From Candidatus Omnitrophota bacterium (GTDB lineage: Bacteria > Omnitrophota > Gorgyraeia > 2-01-FULL-45-10), in contig JAQVUX010000001.1 in assembly GCA_028699255.1 (NCBI GenBank), positions 124,787 through 188,786 on the forward strand: a DNA stretch of 64,000 bases, written 5' to 3'. The stretch's first letter is position 1. Each line of letters opens with the position of its first letter. Below are positions 1 to 11,704 of the stretch, in pieces. The notes under the pieces were generated by a model that saw nothing but the letters and a program-made list of their open reading frames with translations, was not told where the DNA came from and made no database searches. A program made the translations under genes and the position numbers.

Positions 1-361
1 CCGGCTCGAAATGTATGTATGAGTTCTCCAGGCTTATATAGGCGCCGAAATTCGCCGTATAGTCGTCATTCCCCATGCGGTCGAGCTGTGATATGGAAAA
101 GTATCCCTGAATATTCTTATGAGTATATCCGAAGGTATGCGTTATTTCACTCCACCGGCCGGTTCTATTCCCCTGTATGATAACGCTGGGCTCGTAGAAG
201 CAGTCGAAATACCAGGAGTCTTTCTTGGCTATAATGTCTTCGGCTATAACGGGCGATGGTGTTATTTTACGAAGCACCCTCTCCATGTCGGCCTGTTCGG
301 CCGCAAATACTTCATGCGGGCGTATCGGAAAAAGCATGACCGCCGCAAGAAGTAAAAACAC
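1..361 (-). CDS. hypothetical secreted protein; 5' partial, gene continues past the window start
   Basis: Open minus-strand frame from the window edge to a GTG at 361 (alternative ATG at 337). N-terminus VFLLLAAVMLFPIRPHEVFAAEQ resembles a signal peptide. It is not in the ORF track because it is truncated by the edge. Confidence 0.3.
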   Translation of the reverse strand, partial: MFLLLAAVMLFPIRPHEVFAAEQADMERVLRKITPSPVIAEDIIAKKDSWYFDCFYEPSVIIQGNRTGRWSEITHTFGYTHKNIQGYFSISQLDRMGNDDYTANFGAYISLENSYIHFEP

Positions 362-390
362 TGTTTTGTTTTGAAGAGGCGTCTTAATGT

Positions 391-777
391 TTATTTCCCT
401 TTAAAATCCTCTGATATTCCGATAGCCGCTGTTATATTCTGTATCTCTTTCTGCAGATCGTTCGTCTTTACAATGAAACCTGACGCGTTGAATTTATTCG
501 CTACCCTGAACCTCTCTTCATTTGAGAAGGCGGTAATTATGAATACGGGGATCTTCGTATCATCCTTTCGTATCTTTTTTAAAATATCGAGCCCGTCCAT
601 GCCGGGCATTAATATATCGAGAAGAACGGCCGCCGGTTTCTCTTTCTTGAATTTTTCGAGGGCGTCATTACCGTCGCGCGCGGTGACTACCGCGTAATTA
701 TTCGCCTCGAGCCGCAGTTTTAACATCTCAAGAAAATCTACCTCGTCATCCACTATCAAAACCTTCTTCTTTGCCAT
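391..777 (-). CDS. single-domain response regulator (CheY-like receiver)
   Basis: Start VLIVDDE with the phospho-acceptor Asp context, then LLDILMPGMDG. 128 aa with no output domain. Confidence 0.85.
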   Translation of the reverse strand: MAKKKVLIVDDEVDFLEMLKLRLEANNYAVVTARDGNDALEKFKKEKPAAVLLDILMPGMDGLDILKKIRKDDTKIPVFIITAFSNEERFRVANKFNASGFIVKTNDLQKEIQNITAAIGISEDFKGK

Positions 778-788
778 GGACTTCCTCC

Positions 789-1205
789 TTAAGGTTTTTT
801 AACTTCCGCGCCCGGCCTGGCAGTATCTATCATCCCGGCCAGACGATCTACGTTATTCTTCGCAGTGGTCAATATCCGTGCCTGGTCTTCGTTTATCGGA
901 CCAGGTATTTTGTCGAGCACCAGATTGATGCTCTCCTTTGTAATGGCAAGCGGCGTCTTCAGGTCATGCGCGACCGTACCTATATATTTTTTAACCACTT
1001 CGGAGATCAACTTGAGGAATAATACAAATATGGCCGGACACGCCAATAGAATTATAATAACGCCGGTAATAATATATTCCGCCATTGGCGGTAACTGAAA
1101 AACATCGGAAATAGTTTTAGAACAGATGCCTGCCGTAATTATCGCTATGGCAATTATCAGGAATATCGCGCCTGCAATGCGCGCCGGGATCTTATTATTT
1201 TTCAT
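789..1205 (-). CDS. membrane-anchored HisKA-domain protein lacking an HATPase_c domain
   Basis: Two N-terminal TM helices followed by an H-box ([10 protein letters not shown]). The protein ends after the dimerisation/phospho-acceptor helix at 138 aa, with no N/G1/G2 ATP-binding motifs. Confidence 0.65.
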   Translation of the reverse strand: MKNNKIPARIAGAIFLIIAIAIITAGICSKTISDVFQLPPMAEYIITGVIIILLACPAIFVLFLKLISEVVKKYIGTVAHDLKTPLAITKESINLVLDKIPGPINEDQARILTTAKNNVDRLAGMIDTARPGAEVKKP

Positions 1206-1674
1206 ATTTTGTTTTAAGTTCGCTTAGATAGACGAGGTGCTTCTTCTCTTCTTCGATCAACTGCCCGACCTTCTCTTTGTGATACGGCGTCATGTATCGG
1301 AGAAGTTCGTTAAAAAATAGTATGGCGTCTTTCTCGAAAACTATCCCGCATAGTATCGCCTCGATGGGGTTGTGTATATTCTTCACGAACCATTCTTTAG
1401 AGACCTGGGCATACAAAATGTCATCGACGGTTGCCCTGACATACGCGGCGAATTCGCCAGCGAATGATTCGGTCGCCTCCGATTCTTCTAAAGTGGCGCG
1501 TATCTCGGAGAATTTCGCTATATGCTCCCCTTCCCAGTCTTTTAGTTTCGAGAAGAGGTCTTTCATGTCCTGTTCTTTGAATTGCTCCGCTGTGTAGGCG
1601 TAAAAATCGCGGCGCTTCCGTTCTTTTTCGATTCCCATGTCGATCGCTTCAGCCGCGTTAAATATATTTGCCAT
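1195..1674 (-). CDS. rubrerythrin/ferritin-like di-iron four-helix-bundle protein
   Basis: Two E...ExxH motifs (DWEGEH, IEEEKKH). 159 aa with no rubredoxin domain. Confidence 0.6.
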   Translation of the reverse strand: MANIFNAAEAIDMGIEKERKRRDFYAYTAEQFKEQDMKDLFSKLKDWEGEHIAKFSEIRATLEESEATESFAGEFAAYVRATVDDILYAQVSKEWFVKNIHNPIEAILCGIVFEKDAILFFNELLRYMTPYHKEKVGQLIEEEKKHLVYLSELKTKYEK

Positions 1675-1691
1675 TCACTAATCCTCTCGTA

Positions 1692-2783
1692 TCAGGCTTT
1701 ATCCCCGAAAGATGTGTCGAGCGATCTTGCCGATTTAATCAAAGGACTATCCTTTGGGACAGTCCGGATGCCTTTAGCGGCTTCTTTGAGCGAAACCATC
1801 GCTACTTTCCCGTCCAGTATCCCGGGCATAAATCCGAACTTCCGGGCGCGTATCAGATCCACGGCACCTGTACCTAAGCGTGTGGCGAGAACTCTATCGA
1901 AAGGCGTAGGCGAGCCGCCGCGCAAAAGATGGCCCATGACCACTGTGCGGGTCTCTATCCCGGCTGTTTTTTCGATCTGTTGCCCCAGGACGAAGCCTAT
2001 CCCGCCCAAGCGTATCGGGTCGGGACTATCTTTTACGATACGCTGGATCGCGACCTCGCCGCCGCGCGGCTTGGCGCCTTCCGCCACGACTACGATACTG
2101 CATTTCTTGCCGCTCTTATATCTTGTGCGAACCTTGCCGGCTATAGCATCGATGGTATAAGGTATCTCGGGTATCAATATTATGTCGCCGCCGCCTGCTA
2201 TTCCTGAATGCAATGCGACCCATCCGGCGTTATGCCCCATAACCTCGACTATCATAACGCGATGGTGCGACTGCGCGGTAGTATGAAGACGGTCTATTCC
2301 CTCGGTGGCCACCCACACCGCGGTATCGAAACCGAAAGTCAATTCAGTTCCCATTATGTCATTGTCAATAGTCTTTGGCACGCCTATTATCGGCGCGCCG
2401 TCTTTGAATAGCTTATGCGCGATCCCCAGAGTACCGTCGCCACCGATACATACGAGGCAATCGAGCTCCATCTTTTCTAAATTGTCGAGCGCCTGTCGCG
2501 ACATATCTTTAAATACGAGTTTATTGCCCTGCCGTATCGCGTAACGATAAGGGTTCGCTTTCTTGGATGCGCCGAGTATCGTCCCGCCCATCGTCAATAT
2601 GCCGGAGAGATCGCCGATATGCAGTTGCCGATATCGATTTTCGATGAGTCCTTCATAGCCGTCCTCGATGCCGATGATGTCAGCGTCATCCTCGAGCATT
2701 GCCTTCCTGCCCACTGCTCTTATGACCGCGTTGATGCCCGGGCAATCGCCACCGCCGGATAATATCCCTATTCTCTTACGCAT
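1692..2783 (-). CDS. pfkA: 6-phosphofructokinase
   Basis: GILSGGGDCPGINAVI, GGDGT and PKTIDND motifs. 363 aa. Confidence 0.9.
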   Translation of the reverse strand: MRKRIGILSGGGDCPGINAVIRAVGRKAMLEDDADIIGIEDGYEGLIENRYRQLHIGDLSGILTMGGTILGASKKANPYRYAIRQGNKLVFKDMSRQALDNLEKMELDCLVCIGGDGTLGIAHKLFKDGAPIIGVPKTIDNDIMGTELTFGFDTAVWVATEGIDRLHTTAQSHHRVMIVEVMGHNAGWVALHSGIAGGGDIILIPEIPYTIDAIAGKVRTRYKSGKKCSIVVVAEGAKPRGGEVAIQRIVKDSPDPIRLGGIGFVLGQQIEKTAGIETRTVVMGHLLRGGSPTPFDRVLATRLGTGAVDLIRARKFGFMPGILDGKVAMVSLKEAAKGIRTVPKDSPLIKSARSLDTSFGDKA

Positions 2784-2827
2784 GAGACCTTCCTTTTGTT
2801 AGTAATATTACAATTATACATTTAATA

Positions 2828-4738
2828 TTGGATAATGCAAGGGTTTCGGATATAATAATTCCAATGATATACGACAGGTTTCAAAACGAAGCAATCGAGC
2901 ATATAAACGCGGGCCATTCGGTAATAGTCTCGGCGCCTACAGGCGCCGGTAAAACGGCTATAGCCGAGCATGTCATCGAGACATGCATCGAGACCGGCAA
3001 GGGCGTAATATATACCGCGCCGATAAAAGCGCTCTCGAACCAGAAGTTCCGCGACTTCCAGGCAAAATACGGCGACATGATAGGCATACTGACCGGCGAC
3101 GTCTCCCTGAACGCCGAAGCGCCCGTCCTGATAATGACGACCGAAATATTCCGCAATAAAGTTCTCGACGCGCCCGATAGTTTAAAGAAATATTCCTGGA
3201 TAATATTCGACGAGGTCCACTATATCGACAATCCGGAGCGCGGCACCGTCTGGGAGGAGTCGCTGATATTCCTGCCCACCCACATGAATATCCTCTGCCT
3301 GTCGGCGACGATACCGAACATAAGACAGTTCGCCGACTGGGTTGGTTCGATCCATAAAAAAGAGATAAAGGTTGTTATCGAAAATACGCGGCCTGTCCCA
3401 TTACACTTTTTCTTCCAGTGCCACGACAAGATATCCGACAATCTCAATAATCTAAAAACTCTGCGCAGTTATAAACAGAACCGGACACATTCGCTCATAA
3501 AATACATCGAGGAGAAGAACGGGTTACCGTGCATATATTTCGTCTTCGGCCGCAAACGCGCCGAATACTTAGCCTCGGAACTTTACGACTGCCATTTCCT
3601 CGATAAGAAGCAGTCGGCAGAGATACTCGCCCTCTACGAGAACCTCTGCGAGAGGTTCGACTTAACTTGCGAAAAGAGCGCGCTCGACATGCGGCCTCTC
3701 ATCGAACGCGGCGTGGGCTTCCATCACGCTGGCATGCTCCCCACCCTGAAAGAAGTCATAGAGCGTTTATTTACCAGCAGGCTTTTGAAGGTAATATTCA
3801 CCACCGAGACATTCGCGCTCGGGATAAATATGCCGAGCAGGTCGGTCGTATTCGATGAGCTTATGAAATTTTACGGAAGCTACACCCGCCCGCTCAAGAC
3901 CCGCGATTTTTATCAGATGGCCGGCCGCGCCGGAAGGCGCGGAATCGATACGGAGGGCTTTGTCTATAGCCGTATAAACTTTAACAGGGTGCGATTCGAA
4001 GAAGTGAAGCGTACCATCTACGGTAGCCCGGAGAACGTCAATAGCCAGTTCAACGCCTCGTACGCGACGATGCTCAATCTTTATTCCCGTTACAAAGACG
4101 AGCTTTTTAATATCTACCCGATGTCCCTGCATTACTTCCAGACCAAAGCAAATGAACAGCGGATAGCGCGGCGTATGATGGAATCTAAACTGAACCTTCT
4201 TAAAGAACTCGAACATATTTCCGGAGGAAAGCTCACGCCGAAAGGTGAGTTCGCGAAAGCGGTGTATGGATATGAGCTTCTGTTGGCGGAGCTTTACGAC
4301 GACGGCGTATTCGAGAATCTCGACGAAATAGGACTCGCCATACTCGCCGTATCTACGGTCTTCGAGCCGCGCAAAGGGCAGGTGGTCATCGGGTTATCGA
4401 AACCCAGTCAATATCTTAAGGCGATCTCGACGAGCATGCACGAAAAACTCGTGAAGAAGGAATCGCGCGCAGGCATACACCCCTACTGCAAGGCGCCGCA
4501 CTTTAACCTGGCGAAGGCGATGGAAGGCTGGATGCACGGGATGAAGTTCGAAAAGATACTCGACCTTACCGATACCGACGAGGGCGAGGTCATACGCTAT
4601 TTCAGAATGGCGATACAGATACTGCGCGAGATAAGCGACGCTCCTATCTCCCCCATCTTGGCCGGAAAGATAAAAACGACCGTCCGCACGATAAACCGCG
4701 GTATCATCGACGCGGAGAAGCAGTTAAGGGAAGGTTAG
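2828..4738 (+). CDS. Ski2/HelY-like DEAD/DEAH-box SF2 helicase
   Basis: SAPTGAGKT (Walker A), DEVH and IYTAPIKALSNQK motifs typical of the Ski2 family. An alternative start lies at M13 (2864). Confidence 0.85.
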   Translation: MDNARVSDIIIPMIYDRFQNEAIEHINAGHSVIVSAPTGAGKTAIAEHVIETCIETGKGVIYTAPIKALSNQKFRDFQAKYGDMIGILTGDVSLNAEAPVLIMTTEIFRNKVLDAPDSLKKYSWIIFDEVHYIDNPERGTVWEESLIFLPTHMNILCLSATIPNIRQFADWVGSIHKKEIKVVIENTRPVPLHFFFQCHDKISDNLNNLKTLRSYKQNRTHSLIKYIEEKNGLPCIYFVFGRKRAEYLASELYDCHFLDKKQSAEILALYENLCERFDLTCEKSALDMRPLIERGVGFHHAGMLPTLKEVIERLFTSRLLKVIFTTETFALGINMPSRSVVFDELMKFYGSYTRPLKTRDFYQMAGRAGRRGIDTEGFVYSRINFNRVRFEEVKRTIYGSPENVNSQFNASYATMLNLYSRYKDELFNIYPMSLHYFQTKANEQRIARRMMESKLNLLKELEHISGGKLTPKGEFAKAVYGYELLLAELYDDGVFENLDEIGLAILAVSTVFEPRKGQVVIGLSKPSQYLKAISTSMHEKLVKKESRAGIHPYCKAPHFNLAKAMEGWMHGMKFEKILDLTDTDEGEVIRYFRMAIQILREISDAPISPILAGKIKTTVRTINRGIIDAEKQLREG

Positions 4739-6000
4739 GCGCAAGCGATTTTTTTCGGATTGAAATATCCCATTCGAAGTTTCGGAAATCTTCTTCTAAG
4801 ATACACCATCTCTTCCGCAATACCTGCAAATTCTGACATATCCGGTGGCTGTATACCCAGTAACTTAAAATACAACACAGGATCGTAATTCAAATTTCTC
4901 CACTGGATCATATCTATGCCGCGTTTTGCTATCAGGCGCTCCAACGCCGCAACTTCGCTCCGAAGATCCGTAAACCCCGGCAATGTCAGATAGTTTATCG
5001 ACACAAAGCCGCCACGTGATTTAGCGCAGGCTATCGACTTCATAACGTCTTTGAATGAATACCCCCGCGGCCGGTAATATTTTAAATAGTAATCTTCCCG
5101 GGCGCTATTCAGGCTCACGCGTATCGTATTGAGGCCGGCGTCGAATAATCGCGACACAACTTCGGGCTTACTACCGTTTGTATTCAGGTTTATAATTCCG
5201 CGATGTGTTTTGCTTCTTATGAGCTTTATCGACTCTTCTATTAGTTTCGCCTGGAGAAGCGGCTCCCCTTCACAGCCCTGTCCGAAACTTACTATAGGAT
5301 CTTTTGCTTTAGCGATGTGGTAAAGAGCGATGCCGGCGACTTCGTCGGGCTTTGGTACGAATTTTATCCGCGGTTGACTGCATCCTATCTTCCCCGCCTG
5401 ATAAGAGATGCATCCTGCGCAGGACGCGTTGCATAATGGCGATACGGGAAGCGGCGCTTCATAACGTGAAAGAAAAAAGTTTTGCGCGTTGGGACATCCG
5501 TAAACAGTGGCGCATTGGGCGAGATGGCTTATGAGGCGGTTTCCGGGGAATAGTTTTCCGAAAAGTTTTATATTTTTCCTCACCCGGGAGATATCAATAA
5601 GCGTAGAGTCATGCCGCTTGTCCGTATCCACCTTTATCGCCGCGACGTAGATATTGCCTTTGTAGAACGCCGCCGCTCCATAGGAAAATAGCGGTAGAGG
5701 CTTAGGACTACCGTGTTCGACAAAAGAAACGCTGTGAGTGAGCGTGTGCCCGGGCGCGGCAAACGCCGCCACGGCCTGAGCGTCCGGCAGTGTCGTGAAA
5801 CAATTTGCTCTGCGATCGAATCCTACGGGCCTTCTGTCGGGTAACGCGAAGAGCTGGCTCCCTGCGGGTATCTTTATCAAGGAGCCTCCGTCTATTGTTT
5901 CAAATCGCCCCGCTTTCATGCCGCACGCCTCAAGATCGGGATGTGTGAATATCTTTCCCTTTCGGTCAGCGATAAGAAGTCGGGGTGTATTATTTTTCAT
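4735..6000 (-). CDS. radical SAM protein with an N-terminal extension
   Basis: CNASCAGC (CxxxCxxC) plus a G-rich SAM-binding region. 421 aa. Confidence 0.7.
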   Translation of the reverse strand: MKNNTPRLLIADRKGKIFTHPDLEACGMKAGRFETIDGGSLIKIPAGSQLFALPDRRPVGFDRRANCFTTLPDAQAVAAFAAPGHTLTHSVSFVEHGSPKPLPLFSYGAAAFYKGNIYVAAIKVDTDKRHDSTLIDISRVRKNIKLFGKLFPGNRLISHLAQCATVYGCPNAQNFFLSRYEAPLPVSPLCNASCAGCISYQAGKIGCSQPRIKFVPKPDEVAGIALYHIAKAKDPIVSFGQGCEGEPLLQAKLIEESIKLIRSKTHRGIINLNTNGSKPEVVSRLFDAGLNTIRVSLNSAREDYYLKYYRPRGYSFKDVMKSIACAKSRGGFVSINYLTLPGFTDLRSEVAALERLIAKRGIDMIQWRNLNYDPVLYFKLLGIQPPDMSEFAGIAEEMVYLRRRFPKLRMGYFNPKKIACA

Positions 6001-6018
6001 ATTAATTCTTTACCTGTC

Positions 6019-6054
6019 GACCTCGGAGGTCGCTTTTAAGCGACCTCCGAGGTC
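6019..6054. repeat. perfect 16-bp inverted repeat with a 4-nt loop (gacctcggaggtcgct-ttta-agcgacctccgaggtc)
   Basis: Read directly from the sequence in the 73-nt gap between the ygiQ stop and the radical SAM start. No U tract on either side. Confidence 0.6.
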
Positions 6055-6073
6055 ATTCGGTTACCTTTATTCA

Positions 6074-7861
6074 TTACCGTATCTTTTTCGACAAAAATTT
6101 CCCGATCAAATCCATCCTGCCCAATTTTCGCAGAGCTTCGATGACGTAGCGCCTGTTGTCAGGGTTATTATACTGGATAAGCGCCCGGTGCAATTTTCGT
6201 TCGCGCAAACCTTTTGCCACATATATGTCTTCACCCGTCATGGGGTTCTTTTCAGTGTAATACATCGCACCCGACATCGTCATAGGAAGCGGCACGAAAT
6301 CCTGTATCTGCTCGGGATGTATGTACATCTTCATCATGTGAAGCGAAAGTTCGAGCGCGTCGGCGAGCGTACAACCCGGATGGCCGCTGATTATATAGTT
6401 TACTATAAATTGTTTTTTGCCCGCCTCGCGATCCGCGGCATGAAATTTTTCCAGGAATCTCTCGTAAATATCGAAAGATGGCTTGTTCATAAGCTTAAGA
6501 ATACGCTCCTCGGTGTGTTCGGGGGCTACTTTAAGCCGTCCGCTTATATGGTGACGGCACAACTCCCGCAGGTATCCGATAGCCTTATCGTCCGCCAAAA
6601 GGTCATAACGCAGGCCGCTTCCTATAAACAGGTGCTTTACTTTCGGTAATTGACGGATATTTCTCCACATCCGCACCGTCGAGTCGTAGTCGATCCTGAA
6701 GTTTTTACATTTTTCAGGCGTGAGGCACTGCTTTGCCTTGCAGGCGCCCCTGGTACCCCATTCTTTGCAATCGGCGAGAAACATATTGGCCGTTGGCCCG
6801 CCTATATCGGTGATAGTTCCTTTAAAATCGGAGCGCTCGCTCAAAGACTTAGCCTCTTTTATTATCGACTCGGGCTTGCGCGATTGCACGATCCTGCCCT
6901 GATGCAGGTAAAGTGAGCAGAAACTGCACCCGCCGGAACATCCGCGATGCGATGCGATGGAAAAACGCACCGTTTCAAAGCCCGGCACGCCGCCCTCTTT
7001 ATTGTATTCGGGATGCCACTGCCTCGCGTAATTCAAAAGATATATCCGGTCGAGCTCGTCGGCGGTAAAGGGCAACGCAGGAGGCAACTGTATCACGAAT
7101 CTGCCGTCGTGAGGCTGGACGATTGTCTGCCCCCTCCGCGGGTCGGCTTCGAGATATATCGTTTTAAACGCCTCATTGAATTTATTTTTACTCTTCGAGA
7201 CATCTTCGAAGTTCGGGATTATGACGTGGCCGCCGATACCGTCTAAATTCGAGCGGGCGATGACAGTGCCTCTTATATCATCAAAATTTTTAATATCCGC
7301 GCCCTCTTTCAGGCGGCCGGCTATCTCGGTTATCGGTTTCTCCCCCATGCCGTACACAAGAATATCCGCTTTGGAGTCGAGCAGGATCGATTTGCGCACC
7401 TTGTCCGACCAGTAGTCGTAATGCGCCAGCCGCCGTAGGCTCGCCTCGACGCCGCCTATGACTACCGGGACTCCGGGGAAAGCCTCTTTTATGCGGTTCG
7501 TATAAATTATCGTCGCCCTGTCGGGGCGAAGGCCTGTCTTCCCGCCGGGCGAATATTCGTCTTCGCGCCGCAGATTCCTATTGGCGGTATAGTTGGCGAG
7601 CATCGAATCGAGATTGCCGGCGGTTACGCCGAAGAAGAGCCTGGGCCGTCCAAGGGTTTTAAAATCATCGAGCTTCTTCCAGTTTGGCTGAGGAATGATG
7701 CCGACTCTGTATCCGGCATCCTCAAGGACGCGCCCTATCACCGCCGCGCCGAAAGACGGGTGATCCACATAGGCATCGCCCGTAACAATGATGATATCGA
7801 GTGAATCCCATCCGCGTGAGCGCACTTCATCCAGAGTTATGGGTAAAAATTTATTGTTCAT
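6074..7861 (-). CDS. ygiQ: YgiQ (UPF0313) family radical SAM protein
   Basis: N-terminus IIVTGDAYVDHPSFG and a CSGGCSFC cluster. 595 aa. Confidence 0.85.
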   Translation of the reverse strand: MNNKFLPITLDEVRSRGWDSLDIIIVTGDAYVDHPSFGAAVIGRVLEDAGYRVGIIPQPNWKKLDDFKTLGRPRLFFGVTAGNLDSMLANYTANRNLRREDEYSPGGKTGLRPDRATIIYTNRIKEAFPGVPVVIGGVEASLRRLAHYDYWSDKVRKSILLDSKADILVYGMGEKPITEIAGRLKEGADIKNFDDIRGTVIARSNLDGIGGHVIIPNFEDVSKSKNKFNEAFKTIYLEADPRRGQTIVQPHDGRFVIQLPPALPFTADELDRIYLLNYARQWHPEYNKEGGVPGFETVRFSIASHRGCSGGCSFCSLYLHQGRIVQSRKPESIIKEAKSLSERSDFKGTITDIGGPTANMFLADCKEWGTRGACKAKQCLTPEKCKNFRIDYDSTVRMWRNIRQLPKVKHLFIGSGLRYDLLADDKAIGYLRELCRHHISGRLKVAPEHTEERILKLMNKPSFDIYERFLEKFHAADREAGKKQFIVNYIISGHPGCTLADALELSLHMMKMYIHPEQIQDFVPLPMTMSGAMYYTEKNPMTGEDIYVAKGLRERKLHRALIQYNNPDNRRYVIEALRKLGRMDLIGKFLSKKIR

Positions 7862-8595
7862 AATGTATTATTGTTCGAGCGAGCGAACGAAGTGAGCGAG
7901 TCGAGAACTTCTCGACTCGGCCTGCCGCCTTCGGCGTCAGGCCTCGCTCGAAGAATATAGCAGATTTGTCTGTAAACTTCCCTGAAGTCCCTGGTCCTGC
8001 AATTATAATCCGATATCTTCGATAGTTCCCTGCATGAGGAGTTAAACGCGATCGAATAGCCGCATATCTTCGCGAGCGGTATGTCGCCCTCGCTATCGCC
8101 GACACATATTACTTCATGCGGCTTGACGCGGAAGCGCCGGAAGAGACTTTTAAGTATCTTGTGCTTCGCGCCATGGGCGATATTTATTTTAACTCCACCC
8201 GTCAGAATACCACGGCGGGAGATGAGACGATTAGACAACGCATAGTCGAATTTCAGTTCCTTCATTATACGTTCGGGCATGAATTGCAGGCCAGTCGATA
8301 TGGCGACGAGTTTAAGGCCCGCCTTCTTCATGCGTCGAATACAGGATGTGGCGTTCTTGGAATAACTAACTTTGTCAAAAATCCTGCGTATCCTCTCCTC
8401 CTGCATCCCCTTCCAATGCGCGGCGTCAAGTTCACAGAATCTGCGGTAGCTTATCTTGCCCGCGAAGAACTTCTCCTGATACTGGAACGCGCGCTTCTCC
8501 CATAACCCCAGTTTTTCGTGTATGTAGCGCCACGAGCTTATATGGGTCGTTATCGTCCCGTCGATGTCGAGTATAATGAGCTTGTATTTCATCAT
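7858..8595 (-). CDS. HAD-superfamily hydrolase (HAD-IB, phosphoserine-phosphatase-like)
   Basis: Motif I ILDIDGTIT and a C-terminal GDSEGD motif. Confidence 0.75.
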   Translation of the reverse strand: MMKYKLIILDIDGTITTHISSWRYIHEKLGLWEKRAFQYQEKFFAGKISYRRFCELDAAHWKGMQEERIRRIFDKVSYSKNATSCIRRMKKAGLKLVAISTGLQFMPERIMKELKFDYALSNRLISRRGILTGGVKINIAHGAKHKILKSLFRRFRVKPHEVICVGDSEGDIPLAKICGYSIAFNSSCRELSKISDYNCRTRDFREVYRQICYILRARPDAEGGRPSREVLDSLTSFARSNNNTL

Positions 8596-9029
8596 AATAT
8601 TTTTAGCAGGTTCAACCCAGCTTTTGGGTCGATCTCTTTGGTAGCGTTTACACCTTTCAATTCAAATACAATCGCTTCGACCACAAGAAATACTTTGGAT
8701 TTTTTGCGGACACAACCTGTAAGGGTTTTGAGTTTCTTGCCCATTGACGTATGGACGTGTATCTGCGGGCCGGACCGGTTCGCGAATATCGTTCCGATGC
8801 CCATAACCTCCCAGGCGTCTTTGAACGCAACCCAGTTCGGTTCGGGCGGTATGACCGGTTTTTTCGGGCCGGTTACGATATCTCCTTTTTTGAACGCGCC
8901 CAGGAATACAAACGAGGCGGCTTTAAGTTTTTCTTTTCTGGCAAACTTGTCGAGTTCATCGATGAGGACGTCGTCGTCTTTGAACTTAAGTAAAAATACC
9001 CTGCCTATCTTACCGGTAGTATATTCCAT
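8592..9029 (-). CDS. PPC (DUF296) domain DNA-binding-like protein
   Basis: 145 aa. Pattern typical of PPC/DUF296 (GxFEI..LxGxV, GPQIHVH). Confidence 0.55.
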   Translation of the reverse strand: MEYTTGKIGRVFLLKFKDDDVLIDELDKFARKEKLKAASFVFLGAFKKGDIVTGPKKPVIPPEPNWVAFKDAWEVMGIGTIFANRSGPQIHVHTSMGKKLKTLTGCVRKKSKVFLVVEAIVFELKGVNATKEIDPKAGLNLLKIL

Positions 9030-9056
9030 GGCGCTCCTTTATCTTAATCTGTAATT

Positions 9057-9135
9057 GCGAGCGAAGCGAAGCAACCCCCTTGCGGGGAGGCTTCGCGCTC
9101 TGTTTTTAGATTGCTTCGTCGGCGCTTTCAGCGCC
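9057..9135. terminator. two stem-loops after atpC, with a T5 tract on the plus side
   Basis: ggcgc-tttca-gcgcc (9121-9135) and the imperfect long hairpin gcgagcgaagc...gcttcgcgctc (9057-9100) followed by tgttttt. Confidence 0.4.
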
Positions 9136-9165
9136 TTCTCGCAATGACGCTGTATGACTTAATTT

Positions 9166-9435
9166 TCAAGCGGGTTGCTCGAGCGAGTCTATCATTAGCG
9201 TGGCGCGGTTATCGGAGAATTCGAGAAAGCCGCGGCCGACTGAGGTCATCTCCGACTCTTTCCCGAATGAGTCGCGCAGGCGTATTTTACCGGGCGCAAG
9301 CCGCGCGATGATCGGCGCATGATGCGCCAGTATTCCCATGTAGCCAAGCTCCGCGGGAATAGTAAGCGCCGAGACGTCGCCCTCAAAAACGCTTTTTGCC
9401 GGCAGAACTATGCTCAAACGGAAGAGCGCGGCCAT
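9166..9435 (-). CDS. atpC: F1Fo ATP synthase epsilon subunit
   Basis: 89 aa, epsilon-like beta-sandwich sequence. Last gene of the atp operon. Confidence 0.8.
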   Translation of the reverse strand: MAALFRLSIVLPAKSVFEGDVSALTIPAELGYMGILAHHAPIIARLAPGKIRLRDSFGKESEMTSVGRGFLEFSDNRATLMIDSLEQPA

Positions 9436-9438
9436 TAG

Positions 9439-11700
<2,262 letters not shown>

Positions 11701-11704
<4 letters not shown>

